Shown here: piece after piece, positions 40,104 through 51,684 of the stretch
Layout: each line of letters opens with the position of its first letter
How positions within the stretch are numbered: position 1 is the first letter of the stretch
Origin: Neomegalonema sp.
Lineage (GTDB): Bacteria > Pseudomonadota > Alphaproteobacteria > Rhodobacterales > Rhodobacteraceae
Assembly: GCA_022760435.1 (NCBI GenBank)
Contig: JALEFY010000037.1
Coordinates: 211,944 to 275,943, forward strand
Direction of reading: 5' to 3'
DNA: 64,000 nt
Notes under the pieces: generated by a model
Seen by the model: only the letters and a program-made list of their open reading frames with translations
What the model was told of the DNA's origin: nothing
The model's database searches: none
Program-made: the position numbers and the translations under genes

Positions 40104-40564
40104 GGGGCGACCTCCAGAGCGACGCGGCGCAGCACGACACCGTCGCTCAGCCCCTGCTGAACCGCCTCGCCGCGTTGATTGAGCAGGGTGAAGCGGCGCG
40201 TGACCTTGCCGCTCGATCGGCTGCGCGTCGCCTCGACCTCGGTGATCTCGAGCCGCGTGCGCAGCGTGTCCCCGACGAAGATCGGCGCCAGGAACTGCCA
40301 GTCGCGCAGATTGGCCATGGCCACGATACTGTCGTTGAAGATGCCGATCTCATGCATCTGCCCGGTCGCCATCGCGATGCCGAGCGCGCCATGCACCACG
40401 CGCTGGCCGAACCGGGTCTCGCGCGCGAACTCGACATCGGCATGGATCGGATGCCAGTCGCCCGAAAGCATCGAGAACAGGGTGAGATCGGCCTCGGTGA
40501 CCGTGCGCCCCTTGCTCTCGAAACTCATGCCGGGCTGGAAATCCTCGAAGTAAAGACTGCTCAT
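40100..40564 (-). CDS. MaoC-family single hot-dog dehydratase
   Basis: 154 aa (MLSGDWHPIHAD...). Confidence 0.8.
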   Translation of the reverse strand: MSSLYFEDFQPGMSFESKGRTVTEADLTLFSMLSGDWHPIHADVEFARETRFGQRVVHGALGIAMATGQMHEIGIFNDSIVAMANLRDWQFLAPIFVGDTLRTRLEITEVEATRSRSSGKVTRRFTLLNQRGEAVQQGLSDGVVLRRVALEVAP

Positions 40565-42219
40565 GAAGTGGTTTCCGTTTCTGCGCGGATATGCGCCGCC
40601 GCCATCTCGCGCAGCGTGTTGCGTTTGATCTTCTGGCCATTGGCGCTTTCGGTCGTCGGGAAGGCGTCGACGAACCAGATCCGCTCGGGGATCTTGAAGC
40701 TGGCGAGCCGGGCCTTCAGATCGGCGCGCACGGTTTCGGCTCCAAGCCCCGCTCCCGGCTCGGCGATGATGAAGGCGACGGGCATGGTGCGGCCCTGGTG
40801 CTCGATGCCGACGGTCTGCACATCGGCGACGCCCGGCACTTCCTTGATCGCGTCGTCGATCTCGACCGGGTTGACGAGATAGCCGGCGAGCCGGATCGAG
40901 TCGCCCATGCGCGAGAGATAGACGAAGCTGCCATCGGCGCGGGTATAGCCCAGATCGCCGGAGCGAAAGAACCCGTCCGCCGTCATCGCCTGAGCGGTTG
41001 CCTCGGGATCGTTGAAATAGCCGGTGAACAGGCCCGGATGGCGCAGCTCGAGCTCTCCGGGTTCCTCATGATCGAGCAAGGCACCGGTTTGCGGGTCACG
41101 CGCCCGCACCGCGCCATCATCGCCCGCCGCCATGCGTCCGCCGCCCTGCACCCGCAGCGCTTGCGGATCGTCCGAGCGCCAATTGGCGCAGAGCGCCTGC
41201 ACCTCGCTCGACCCATAGACGCCGGAAAGCGGCAGCCCGCGCGCTTCAAGCTCGGCGACCAGATGCGCCGCGCCGGGATGAAAGGCGCCAAAGCCAAACA
41301 GCCTCGCGGCAGGAAACGGGCGCTCGCCGCTCGCGGCCTCGGCGATGCGGCGATACATCTCGTCACTGCCAAACAGATGGGTGACGGCGTGCTCGCGCAT
41401 CAACGCCGCCGCGCGCGCTGCGTCGAACGCATCGAGCATCACCACCGCGCCGCCGGCTGCGATCCCGGCGAGGATGCCGTTGAAGCCAAACACACCGCAG
41501 AGCGGCAAACCGGTAAAGACGCGCACACCCGGCGCCGTCATCTCCAAGGTTCGGATCGCGGCGCAGGCATGCCAGCTCAGGCTACGCTGCGAATGACAAA
41601 CCAGCTTGGGCGCCTTGGTCGTGCCGGAGGTGGTGAACAGCAGCGCCGGAAGATCCGCGTTCTCGACCGCCGGGGTGCTCGCAGGGCTCTGGGCGGTGAG
41701 ATCGAGCGCGACCACCGGGCGATCGAGCAACCCATCCGGCAGCGCATCGCCAGCGTCATAGAGCGCGATCTGCCGCAGCTCGGGCAGATCCGCCGGATCC
41801 ATGCTCTGCAAGATCGCGGGGAAGTCGATCTTGCGAAAGCCGGGTTCCAGGATCAGCAGCCGTGCCCCGGATTTACGCAGGATATGCGTGACCTCGCGGC
41901 CCCGATAGCGGGTATTGACCGCCGCCACCCCCGCACCCAGCCGCGCCGCCGCGAACAGCGTCACCAGCCAGAGCGGACGATTGACCATCCACAGCGCCAG
42001 AATATCGCCCGCGCCGATGCCCTGCGCCGCGAGCCAGCCCTGCATGCGCAGCACCTGTTCGTGAAACGCCGAGTAGCTCAGATCGCCCGTCTCGTCGAAA
42101 ATCATCACCCGCTCGGGTGCCTGCGCCAGATGCTGCTCATAAAGGCCGCCAAGCTGGGCAGGGAATGGCTGGGCAGGGAATTGCCGCGAAGGGTTTAGCC
42201 CTCTGGGTGTCTCGGTCAT
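40561..42219 (-). CDS. AMP-dependent acyl-CoA synthetase/ligase
   Basis: AMP-binding motifs LFTTSGTTKAPK and GYG...GD. The start was chosen at MTETP with GAGAG upstream; the 708-aa track ORF is an N-terminal extension. Confidence 0.82.
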   Translation of the reverse strand: MTETPRGLNPSRQFPAQPFPAQLGGLYEQHLAQAPERVMIFDETGDLSYSAFHEQVLRMQGWLAAQGIGAGDILALWMVNRPLWLVTLFAAARLGAGVAAVNTRYRGREVTHILRKSGARLLILEPGFRKIDFPAILQSMDPADLPELRQIALYDAGDALPDGLLDRPVVALDLTAQSPASTPAVENADLPALLFTTSGTTKAPKLVCHSQRSLSWHACAAIRTLEMTAPGVRVFTGLPLCGVFGFNGILAGIAAGGAVVMLDAFDAARAAALMREHAVTHLFGSDEMYRRIAEAASGERPFPAARLFGFGAFHPGAAHLVAELEARGLPLSGVYGSSEVQALCANWRSDDPQALRVQGGGRMAAGDDGAVRARDPQTGALLDHEEPGELELRHPGLFTGYFNDPEATAQAMTADGFFRSGDLGYTRADGSFVYLSRMGDSIRLAGYLVNPVEIDDAIKEVPGVADVQTVGIEHQGRTMPVAFIIAEPGAGLGAETVRADLKARLASFKIPERIWFVDAFPTTESANGQKIKRNTLREMAAAHIRAETETTS

Positions 42220-42245
42220 GCTCACACTCTCTGGCATCTGGGCGC

Positions 42246-43394
42246 TCACCCTTGCGAGCTGGGCTCGGGATGGGGGACAATGAATTCGCGGCGGATCGCG
42301 CAATCCTGAGCACCAAGCGCCGGCATCGCGCGCAAGGGGCGACGCCTCCCGTTCCACAGGACCGGGGCGGCGAGCACCTCGGCCGCCCCGTCCGGCGTTG
42401 CCACGGTCTGAAAGCTGGCACTGCGGTGGCGCGTGAGATCGGCGAGGCTCGAGACGCGCCCATTGGCGATGCGATGCGCTTCCAGATCTTCGATCAGAGC
42501 CGCGCTGGCTCGCGTTGCGAAACTCTCGGCGATGATCGCATCGAGCGCCGCCCGGTTCGCAACCCGCGCGACATTGCTGGCAAAGCGCGGATCGGCCACC
42601 AGTTCGGGCTGTTGCAGGACCTCGCGGCACAAGAGGCGCCATTCGTCTTCGTTCTGCACCGAGATGATGACGGCACCATCGGCGCAATCGAAAGCGCCAT
42701 AGGGGGCGATGGAGGGATGCGCGAGCCCCGCACGCGGCACCTCTTGCCCACCATAGCGGTGCAGCAGATAGGGGACATTCATCAGATCGGCCATGGTGTC
42801 GAACAGCGATACCTGGAGCTGCGCCCCGCGCCCGCTCTCCTCGCGCTCCAGCAGCGCCTCGAGGATCGCAGCATGGGCCACGAGCCCGGTGGTGATATCG
42901 CAGATCGAGATCCCCACCCGCGACGGCCCGCTTTCGGGGGTGCCGGTAACGCCGGACAGCCCGGTTTCGGCCTGGATCAGCAGATCATAGGCCTTACGAT
43001 CCGCATCGGGCGTCCCTTCGGCAAAGCCGCGGATCTCGCAGGTGACCAGACGCGGATTGCGCGCCATCAGCGCCTTGGCGCCCAGCCCGAGCTTCTCGGC
43101 CCGGCCCGGCGCCATGTTCTGGATGAACACATCCGCCTGCGCCAGCATCTCCAGCACCAGCGCCCGATCCTCGCCCTGCCGCAGATCGACCCGGCAACTT
43201 TCCTTACCGCGATTGATCCAGACGAAATAGCTCGAATGGCCATGTACAGCATCGTCATAACCGCGCGCAAAATCGCCGCCAGCGCGTTCGAGCTTGATCA
43301 CCCTTGCCCCGGCATCGGCGAGCTTGCAACTGGCGATCGGCGCCGCCACCGCCTGTTCGAGTGTGACGACGAGCAGTCTGTCCATGAAAGACAT
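42246..43394 (-). CDS. CaiB/BaiF (family III) CoA-transferase
   Basis: About 383 aa with the family III CoA-transferase N-terminus (RLLVVTLEQAVAAPIASCKLADAGARVIKLE) and a catalytic Asp region. Confidence 0.85.
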   Translation of the reverse strand: MSFMDRLLVVTLEQAVAAPIASCKLADAGARVIKLERAGGDFARGYDDAVHGHSSYFVWINRGKESCRVDLRQGEDRALVLEMLAQADVFIQNMAPGRAEKLGLGAKALMARNPRLVTCEIRGFAEGTPDADRKAYDLLIQAETGLSGVTGTPESGPSRVGISICDITTGLVAHAAILEALLEREESGRGAQLQVSLFDTMADLMNVPYLLHRYGGQEVPRAGLAHPSIAPYGAFDCADGAVIISVQNEDEWRLLCREVLQQPELVADPRFASNVARVANRAALDAIIAESFATRASAALIEDLEAHRIANGRVSSLADLTRHRSASFQTVATPDGAAEVLAAPVLWNGRRRPLRAMPALGAQDCAIRREFIVPHPEPSSQG

Positions 43395-43570
43395 GCGGGC
43401 CTCCCTTTCGCGGCTGATCATCGCGATTGGGGGGCGGATGGGTCAAATATGAAAAAAGTCTGGGAGCTATACGGCAACGCGCTTGGCTTGCAGCGAGTTG
43501 GCTTGGAGCGACTTGCGTTAGCAACGCACGGCGGAGCGGGCAGTGCAGCCCCGCCGTTATCAGTGCTGCC

Positions 43571-44689
43571 CTACTGCGCCGCTGCCGGTGTCGCGGCCAC
43601 TTGCGGCGCCAAGGGGTCAGCAACCAGTTCCGCATCACAGGCGCGCAGCCGGGCGAGGCCACCAAAGGCGCTGAAAGCGTTCTGCGCCGCCGCGGCGATC
43701 GCGGCCGGCGTGATCGGCCCCGGCGGGATCGCCTCTTTTGGGAAGATGACTGTCACCGTCTCCCCTGCCCCATAGACCCGGGTCGCACCACGACTTTGCG
43801 GAAGCGTCTCAACCCCGCGCAGCGCCTTGTGCAGCGCCACGGATCCTTCGCCGGAAATCCAGCCCGGGCCGATATCACCGATGATCGCCGGGCTCATCCG
43901 GCCTGAAACGGGCTCAAGCACCATGGCCAAATCGCCCCGATCAACGCCGCGCAGGGCAAATTCGCGCCCCGATGGCCGAATGATGAACGGCACTTCCAGC
44001 GCGTTGAGATAGCGCCCCTGCTCGCACAATCCCTTCTCCGGATCGGCGGCAAGGGCCGTCGGCGCGATCATGTAGCCAGCATAGGGCGCCTGCTGATTGA
44101 GGCAGGGCCGATATTTCTCCGGTCGGCGATCACCCTGCCGCGCGACGCCCCACAAGATCAGGCGGGCGCCATCCTCGGGCTCCCAATTCCCATCGCGTAT
44201 ATGTTCGAACTCCGAGACCAGCTTGCGGCACTGATCCGGGCGCACGATGCGCCGGTCAGCGGCAAAGACCGACATCGCATTGCAAACGGTATTGATCGCA
44301 AGGCCGGTCTCGCCCCACGGATCCTTGGGATGGAAGGAATTGGGCGCGCCATCGGTATTCACCGCCATCACCGAACGCAGGACAAGCGCTTGATCATCCG
44401 CAAGAACGACGCGATCACCGTCATAGCGGGTATTGTGCACGAAGCGCGATCCGAGCGCACAGGCGGCAGGCTCGGACGCGGGAGTTGCCTCTGTCTCGGT
44501 CGCCTCTGCCTGGGTACCAGCATCGACAGGCGCTTGCGCAGGCCCGGGCACCGATCCGGTCTGCAACGCATCCAGCGGGGTCTGACCCTCCGCCACACTT
44601 CCCGGAGCAGGCAAGATCTCCCCGGAATGGAAAAGCGCGCAGCCGCTCAGGCTCAGCACCGCGATCAGCGCAGCAAAACAGGATCTCAT
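43571..44689 (-). CDS. hypothetical lipoprotein
   Basis: Lipobox signal peptide MRSCFAALIAVLSLSGC, then a Pro/Ala/Thr-rich linker and a globular domain. The start was chosen at the lipoprotein signal. I recognise no family. Confidence 0.55.
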   Translation of the reverse strand: MRSCFAALIAVLSLSGCALFHSGEILPAPGSVAEGQTPLDALQTGSVPGPAQAPVDAGTQAEATETEATPASEPAACALGSRFVHNTRYDGDRVVLADDQALVLRSVMAVNTDGAPNSFHPKDPWGETGLAINTVCNAMSVFAADRRIVRPDQCRKLVSEFEHIRDGNWEPEDGARLILWGVARQGDRRPEKYRPCLNQQAPYAGYMIAPTALAADPEKGLCEQGRYLNALEVPFIIRPSGREFALRGVDRGDLAMVLEPVSGRMSPAIIGDIGPGWISGEGSVALHKALRGVETLPQSRGATRVYGAGETVTVIFPKEAIPPGPITPAAIAAAAQNAFSAFGGLARLRACDAELVADPLAPQVAATPAAAQ

Positions 44690-44898
44690 TGCGGCCTCCC
44701 CACTTGTCCCAGATCGAATCGAACCACTCCCCGAAGCTGAAGTGTTAACGCTCTCGGTCAATGCCGTGAACCCCTCTCGCTCCGATCGACGCGGGAGAGA
44801 ACCAGTGCGTGCCATATTATGCACGCGCGCGGCCGCGCCCAGAGGTGATGGCCAGAGGTTGCAACCATGGCGAATTCACCTTGCTGCATCGGTTTTGA

Positions 44899-46977
<2,079 letters not shown>

Positions 46978-47211
46978 CCCCTCTCCCGCCGCTTCGAAAA
47001 GGAGGGCGCACGCGCCCTCCGGTCATCATCGGTGCCGTTTAGAGACGGCGTCGGAGATGGTAATGCGCATTCCGACGCGGTCTGCTCATCCGGGCCATTG
47101 GCCGCTGCCCATTACAGCCCCCCATCGGTACGGATGAAGGATCTCTTGAGAGGGTACAGCGAAGCGAGAAATTGATCACAACAATCTATCGGCTGATGGA
47201 TAACGCGGCAC

Positions 47212-48618
47212 TCACGTCATTTTAAAGAGATCGATCCAATCCCGATTGACCATTGCAGGTATTGATCTAGCATAGACTCCTCCGCGATGACCCAGCCTTA
47301 AGTTGATACTTGAATAGATATCCACATTCTCATCTGCCAATCTATCATTCATGGATATAAAAAACCAAATGTAGAATTGAGGGCAATAGTCTGAGCCAAG
47401 TCCATCAGCGCGCTCATGACCATCAAGGACCCTCCCCAAGAAAGGGCGGATTCCAAAGTATTCCTCAAGCGATTTGCGATCAATTTCAGCGCTCAAAAAT
47501 TTGGGGTATAGATCTGGACGAGCAATTTTTGAAACAACCAGCGTAACAGCGACGGCCACCCAAACTTCATTAGATTTTTCTCCAGTCAGGAGACTCGAAG
47601 CAAGCAGAGATGTGGCACTCAGAATTTTCCCAACGTCTCTTAGGGAAATTTGGTTGTTTCGAGAAACAATTTCGATTTGCTCCCTCATCGGTGCCGCAAT
47701 ATGCTCTGAAAGCGCCATTTGAGAAACTTGGAAATCAAAATAATTAAGAATATCACTGCATGGGCCGTATTGGCCGACACTCTCACGCGGCATAGAAAAT
47801 GTTACATGGATGAATTTGCGTAAATAAGCCGATGCATCGATGTTGGCGCCGTAGCGCGCCATCACGCTGTTCTCCAAGGCCTTGAGGTTCACCCCCAGGA
47901 CAAATATGACCCCGGGAATGTCGAAGAAGTGCTTTATCACTTCCAGGGTCTCCAACGCATAATCGGGTCGGCAGCGGTCCAGCTCATCAATGACGATGAC
48001 GAGTTTGCCTTGCGCGCTGGGTGCAGCATCTGCTTTCTCGGCTTTTTGGGCAGAGGGCTCCTGGGATACCAGTTCCTTGAGCGCTGTGCGAAATTCCGCC
48101 ATAGCCTCGCGCCGTCCGTCTTCTTGCGCCCAATATTTCCCCAATGCATGAGAGAATTCTTTGCTCGTAGCGTCGATCGCCGCACCACCAACAGCAGAAG
48201 CTACTTCTGTTGCTCCACAAGTTGCTATGGCTAATCCAATTCGTGCAGCAGGTTTGGCAAGCTTCAAGACAGCGGCTTTCACCTGCTTTACGACACCCTC
48301 TTTTTCCTCTGGAAAGCGATCGCCTAAAGCAGAGACAAGCGCCGGAAGCGGATCGCTGACGTAATCATTGGCAAAGGCATCAAAGTACACCATCGTTGCG
48401 CTGCGTGCTTCGTCCAAAGTGTGCGCGCCGACCCATCGCTTCAGGAAATATGTTTTTCCAGTGCCCCAACCGCCATCCAAGGCGACAACCATTGGATCGT
48501 CGATCCGCTCCACAAGGTCGGAAAGAGACTTCCCAACGCTCTTGCGGTTTAGAATATCGTTCTCCTCGAAGCCCTCTTTGTAGAGATCAACTTCAGGCTC
48601 TGATGGGAAAATTTTCAT
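47212..48618 (-). CDS. KAP-family P-loop NTPase
   Basis: 468 aa with Walker A LDGGWGTGKTYFLKRW and Walker B VIVIDELDRC. The gene sits in a strongly AT-rich stretch. Confidence 0.8.
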   Translation of the reverse strand: MKIFPSEPEVDLYKEGFEENDILNRKSVGKSLSDLVERIDDPMVVALDGGWGTGKTYFLKRWVGAHTLDEARSATMVYFDAFANDYVSDPLPALVSALGDRFPEEKEGVVKQVKAAVLKLAKPAARIGLAIATCGATEVASAVGGAAIDATSKEFSHALGKYWAQEDGRREAMAEFRTALKELVSQEPSAQKAEKADAAPSAQGKLVIVIDELDRCRPDYALETLEVIKHFFDIPGVIFVLGVNLKALENSVMARYGANIDASAYLRKFIHVTFSMPRESVGQYGPCSDILNYFDFQVSQMALSEHIAAPMREQIEIVSRNNQISLRDVGKILSATSLLASSLLTGEKSNEVWVAVAVTLVVSKIARPDLYPKFLSAEIDRKSLEEYFGIRPFLGRVLDGHERADGLGSDYCPQFYIWFFISMNDRLADENVDIYSSINLRLGHRGGVYARSIPAMVNRDWIDLFKMT

Positions 48619-48896
48619 TTATTTTCTGCCCACTAATCTCTCGCCGGCTAATCTGCTGCCGATGGTTGATATGTAAATTTATTTGGCGCCGCTTGAGCAT
48701 ACACCGTCTTGGCAACTCATTATTATCAATGTTTGCTGAGTTCAATCCCGCTTTATGACTTGAAGTATTTTAGTGGGTTAGCCTAGGTCACACGCAAAAT
48801 TTAACAGCAGTTATGGGATCGTTTATTCGCGACAATTCGAATTGGGCGGCTCCCCAGCTTATCCGCACACCGCCGCCCCCCAACCAATGCGCACAC

Positions 48897-48930
48897 AAAA
48901 AGCGGGGCCTTGTGGGCCCCGCTTGATAAA
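48897..48930 (-). terminator. rho-independent terminator for the minus-strand membrane-protein gene
   Basis: The reverse complement reads tttatcaagcggggcccacaaggccccgcttttt. Confidence 0.6.
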
Positions 48931-48968
48931 GACGCTGGCAGCAGCGTTGGTTTTGGCAATGGCTCGGC

Positions 48969-49580
48969 TCAGTGCCCTGTCGGCAGAACCCCGCCAAAAT
49001 CGCGCCGGGCTACCGCTTGCCCCACGATCCGATCCAGCAACAGATCTCCGATCCCCACCAGAGTGATCACCATGAAGGCGGTGGTGCCGAACCAGCTCAC
49101 GGTGAAGAACAGCACCAGACAGACCAGCGTCACCACCAGCGACATCCAGTCATTGCCCGAGATATCGCGCGCGGCGGTGGCCCGGATCACTTCGATCCAG
49201 CTTGCCAGAAAGCCGAAGATCACGAACAGGCTGGTCCAGGTGATCGGGAACTCGGTGCCGCTGACCAGCGGAACCTTGAACAGCGATGCGTCGAGCACGC
49301 ATTCAACTTGCTCAGCAACCGAGGCAGGCTGCACTTGGGCATCGGTAACGACAGCCGCCGTGCCTTCCCCCTCAACCGCGACGCCGTCCACCTGCTCGCC
49401 GATCGGAGCGGTGATCACGACATCGGTATTCGCGCGCTCGCACGCGTCATCGGCCATCGAGCCGCCCCAGACATTGGGCAGCGCAACAATACCGACATAG
49501 ACAACATAGAAAGCCGCCAGAAACAGATAGGCGGGCATACCGCGCCCGAACAAACGCCAGAACCAATCCATCGATCCCAC
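48969..49580 (-). CDS. hypothetical membrane protein
   Basis: 203 aa with hydrophobic helices at both ends and an acidic central region. A terminator lies immediately downstream. Confidence 0.45.
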   Translation of the reverse strand: MGSMDWFWRLFGRGMPAYLFLAAFYVVYVGIVALPNVWGGSMADDACERANTDVVITAPIGEQVDGVAVEGEGTAAVVTDAQVQPASVAEQVECVLDASLFKVPLVSGTEFPITWTSLFVIFGFLASWIEVIRATAARDISGNDWMSLVVTLVCLVLFFTVSWFGTTAFMVITLVGIGDLLLDRIVGQAVARRDFGGVLPTGH

Positions 49581-49715
49581 TCCCTTTCACTTGGCACCAG
49601 CGCCAGAAGCACACAGCGCGAAACAATCGGTTGCACTTAAGCCAATGACGCGCTTGTTGTCTATCGTGAAGCGGCTCGAGGGTTTTCGCCCCTGTTGCAT
49701 CGAGAAGGAGAGACC

Positions 49716-50471
49716 ATGCAGATCAGCATATCGGACCGCGAAGACCTGCCCATGGCTCGGCTGCCCGAGCGCCCGCTCTTCGCGATCGGAGATCTGCATG
49801 GATATAGCGATGCGCTCGATGCGCTGCACGGGCAGATCCGCAACACGGTGCTGCACGAACATGAAGGGCCGGTCGATCTTGTCTATCTTGGCGATTATGT
49901 GGATCGCGGCCCCGATCCGCTCGGCGTGCTCGATCGCGTGGCGACGGGGCTGGAGCTGCCCAATGTCACCGAACGCCGCCTGATCGGCAATCACGACCAG
50001 TTCCTGATGATGGCGGCGGCAATCGGCGGCTATCTCTATGATCCCGGTGCCTATGATGCCTGGGTGCGCTTTGGCGGCATGGAGACCTTGCAAGCGATGG
50101 CGCTGGAGGTCGATTGCCCGGCAGGCGAGGTCCGCGAAGCCCTCGGCCAGGACCGGGTGGCGATGCTCGAGGCCTTGTCGGTCGGCTTTCGCAGCGGCGA
50201 TATCTTCTGCGCCCATGCCGGGGTGAACCCCGACCGCCCTCTCTCCCAGCAGCGGCCCGATGATCTGTTGTGGATCCGCGAACCCTTCCTGAGCTGCAAG
50301 CAATGGCCGCATGAGGTGACGGTGGTTCATGGCCACACGCCGGGCAGCGAGGGCGTTTTCAGCCACCGGATCGGCGTGGATACCGGCGGCTGCTTTGGCG
50401 GCCCTTTCACCGCAGCCGAGATCAGCCCGCAAGGCTGGGTGCGCTTTCATCAGGTCCGCAAGGTGAGCTAG
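49716..50471 (+). CDS. PP2A/PPP-family metallophosphoesterase (Ser/Thr phosphatase / ApaH-like)
   Basis: Calcineurin-like motifs GDLHG, GDYVDRG, GNHD, and the HAGV/GHTP histidines. A strong RBS AAGGAGAG precedes the ATG at 49716. Confidence 0.85.
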   Translation: MQISISDREDLPMARLPERPLFAIGDLHGYSDALDALHGQIRNTVLHEHEGPVDLVYLGDYVDRGPDPLGVLDRVATGLELPNVTERRLIGNHDQFLMMAAAIGGYLYDPGAYDAWVRFGGMETLQAMALEVDCPAGEVREALGQDRVAMLEALSVGFRSGDIFCAHAGVNPDRPLSQQRPDDLLWIREPFLSCKQWPHEVTVVHGHTPGSEGVFSHRIGVDTGGCFGGPFTAAEISPQGWVRFHQVRKVS

Positions 50472-50486
50472 CAGGACGTGTGTCAA

Positions 50487-51389
50487 ATGCCATTCCCACT
50501 TTCACCGCAGAGCATCGATGCAATAGCCTTTATCATCAGCGGAGGCGCCGCCAATGCTGACGCGGCGCCTGTCGGGCTTTACCGTAGTGGTCCTAAGATC
50601 GAAAAGTTCATGCATGCATGCAACGTTGCCTTCACGCTCGACGGTTCTAGGGTGCCGTCGCTGGTTAATTGCTTGATCAGACTGAACAATGGTCACGAGG
50701 CGGCGACGGTTCTGCCTAGAATTATCGAAGCTGCCGCCGACCCACGCGACTTCGTGCATGATCCTGACCGCCACTCCGCTGTTTGCGACTATCTAAACCG
50801 TGCACTCCGCTTCGACGGATTCGAACTACAGAATCACGGTGTTAGGATGCGATTGCTCGAGGCTGGCAAAGGTGTACCGGTACTAACAGAACTAGCTGGG
50901 CTGTCAGAAGTTATCGACTTCGACACAGTGAGCCGTGATCTGGACCGAGCCCTCGAGAGCAGCCAAACGGATCCTGAAGATGCCGTTACTGCCGCATGCA
51001 GCACCATTGAGAGCGTGTGCCGTTCCATTTTGATTGATCTCGGTGAGCCTCTGCCCAAAAAGAAGGACGTTCAGGGGCTCTACAACGCGGTAAAGCAACC
51101 GCTCGGCCTTTCGACTGACCGGTCCGACATCGACCCCACAATTGCGAATGATGTGCTTCAGATACTATCCGGCCTTGCTAATGTTGTCCGCGGTGTTGGC
51201 GCCCTTCGTACGCACGGTGGCGATGCCCATGGCCGGGAGAAGGGCTATGCTCGAATTGACGCAAGAATCGCCAGGCTTGCCATTCATGCCGCAAGCACGG
51301 CAGCGCTCTTCCTCATTGAGACTTGGCAGCGAAAGTTCCCGGACCGTCCGCTGCCCAAAGCGACCGAGACTTCTCAGGATACCGATTGA
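50487..51389 (+). CDS. hypothetical protein with Abi_C-like (abortive-infection C-terminal-type) domain
   Basis: About 300 aa, with no TM and lower GC than its neighbours. The C-terminal block ...VTAACSTIESVCRSIL...NVVRGVGALRTHGGDAHGR...RLAIHAASTAALFLIETW resembles the Abi_C motif (recalled from memory, not HMM-confirmed). The start lies 7 bp (GTG 50478) or 15 bp (ATG 50487) after the phosphatase stop. Confidence 0.5.
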   Translation: MPFPLSPQSIDAIAFIISGGAANADAAPVGLYRSGPKIEKFMHACNVAFTLDGSRVPSLVNCLIRLNNGHEAATVLPRIIEAAADPRDFVHDPDRHSAVCDYLNRALRFDGFELQNHGVRMRLLEAGKGVPVLTELAGLSEVIDFDTVSRDLDRALESSQTDPEDAVTAACSTIESVCRSILIDLGEPLPKKKDVQGLYNAVKQPLGLSTDRSDIDPTIANDVLQILSGLANVVRGVGALRTHGGDAHGREKGYARIDARIARLAIHAASTAALFLIETWQRKFPDRPLPKATETSQDTD

Positions 51390-51684
51390 AGTTTCACCGG
51401 TCTGGCAGCAATGAGCTTTCAATCGATCAACGCCAGCTTCCCCGACAACAATTGACTTCTCCCGGCTTCGCGCAGCTACGACAACCCCCTGTTTTGACTT
51501 GAATTCGCCTGATGCGAGCAACGAACACGGAGCAAACCGCCTCAGGAGGTTCGCTGGACATTCTCGCCCTCAGACGCCGTCGTCGGAGACAGGTGCAAAA
51601 CCGAGTTGGAGACGACGCATGAAGAAAAACATAACGAAATCATCCGCCGGCCGCGCCTGCGCGCCCAGCGGATGATCTCGCCCG

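Noticed and set aside
40591-43775. 535-aa and 552-aa plus-strand ORFs
   Set aside because: Antisense to the AMP-ligase and CaiB genes.
46990-47025. Hairpin ggagggcg-cacg-cgccctcc after thiC
   Set aside because: A good 8-bp GC stem but no following T-run. Possibly a weak or Rho-dependent terminator; not listed as a feature.
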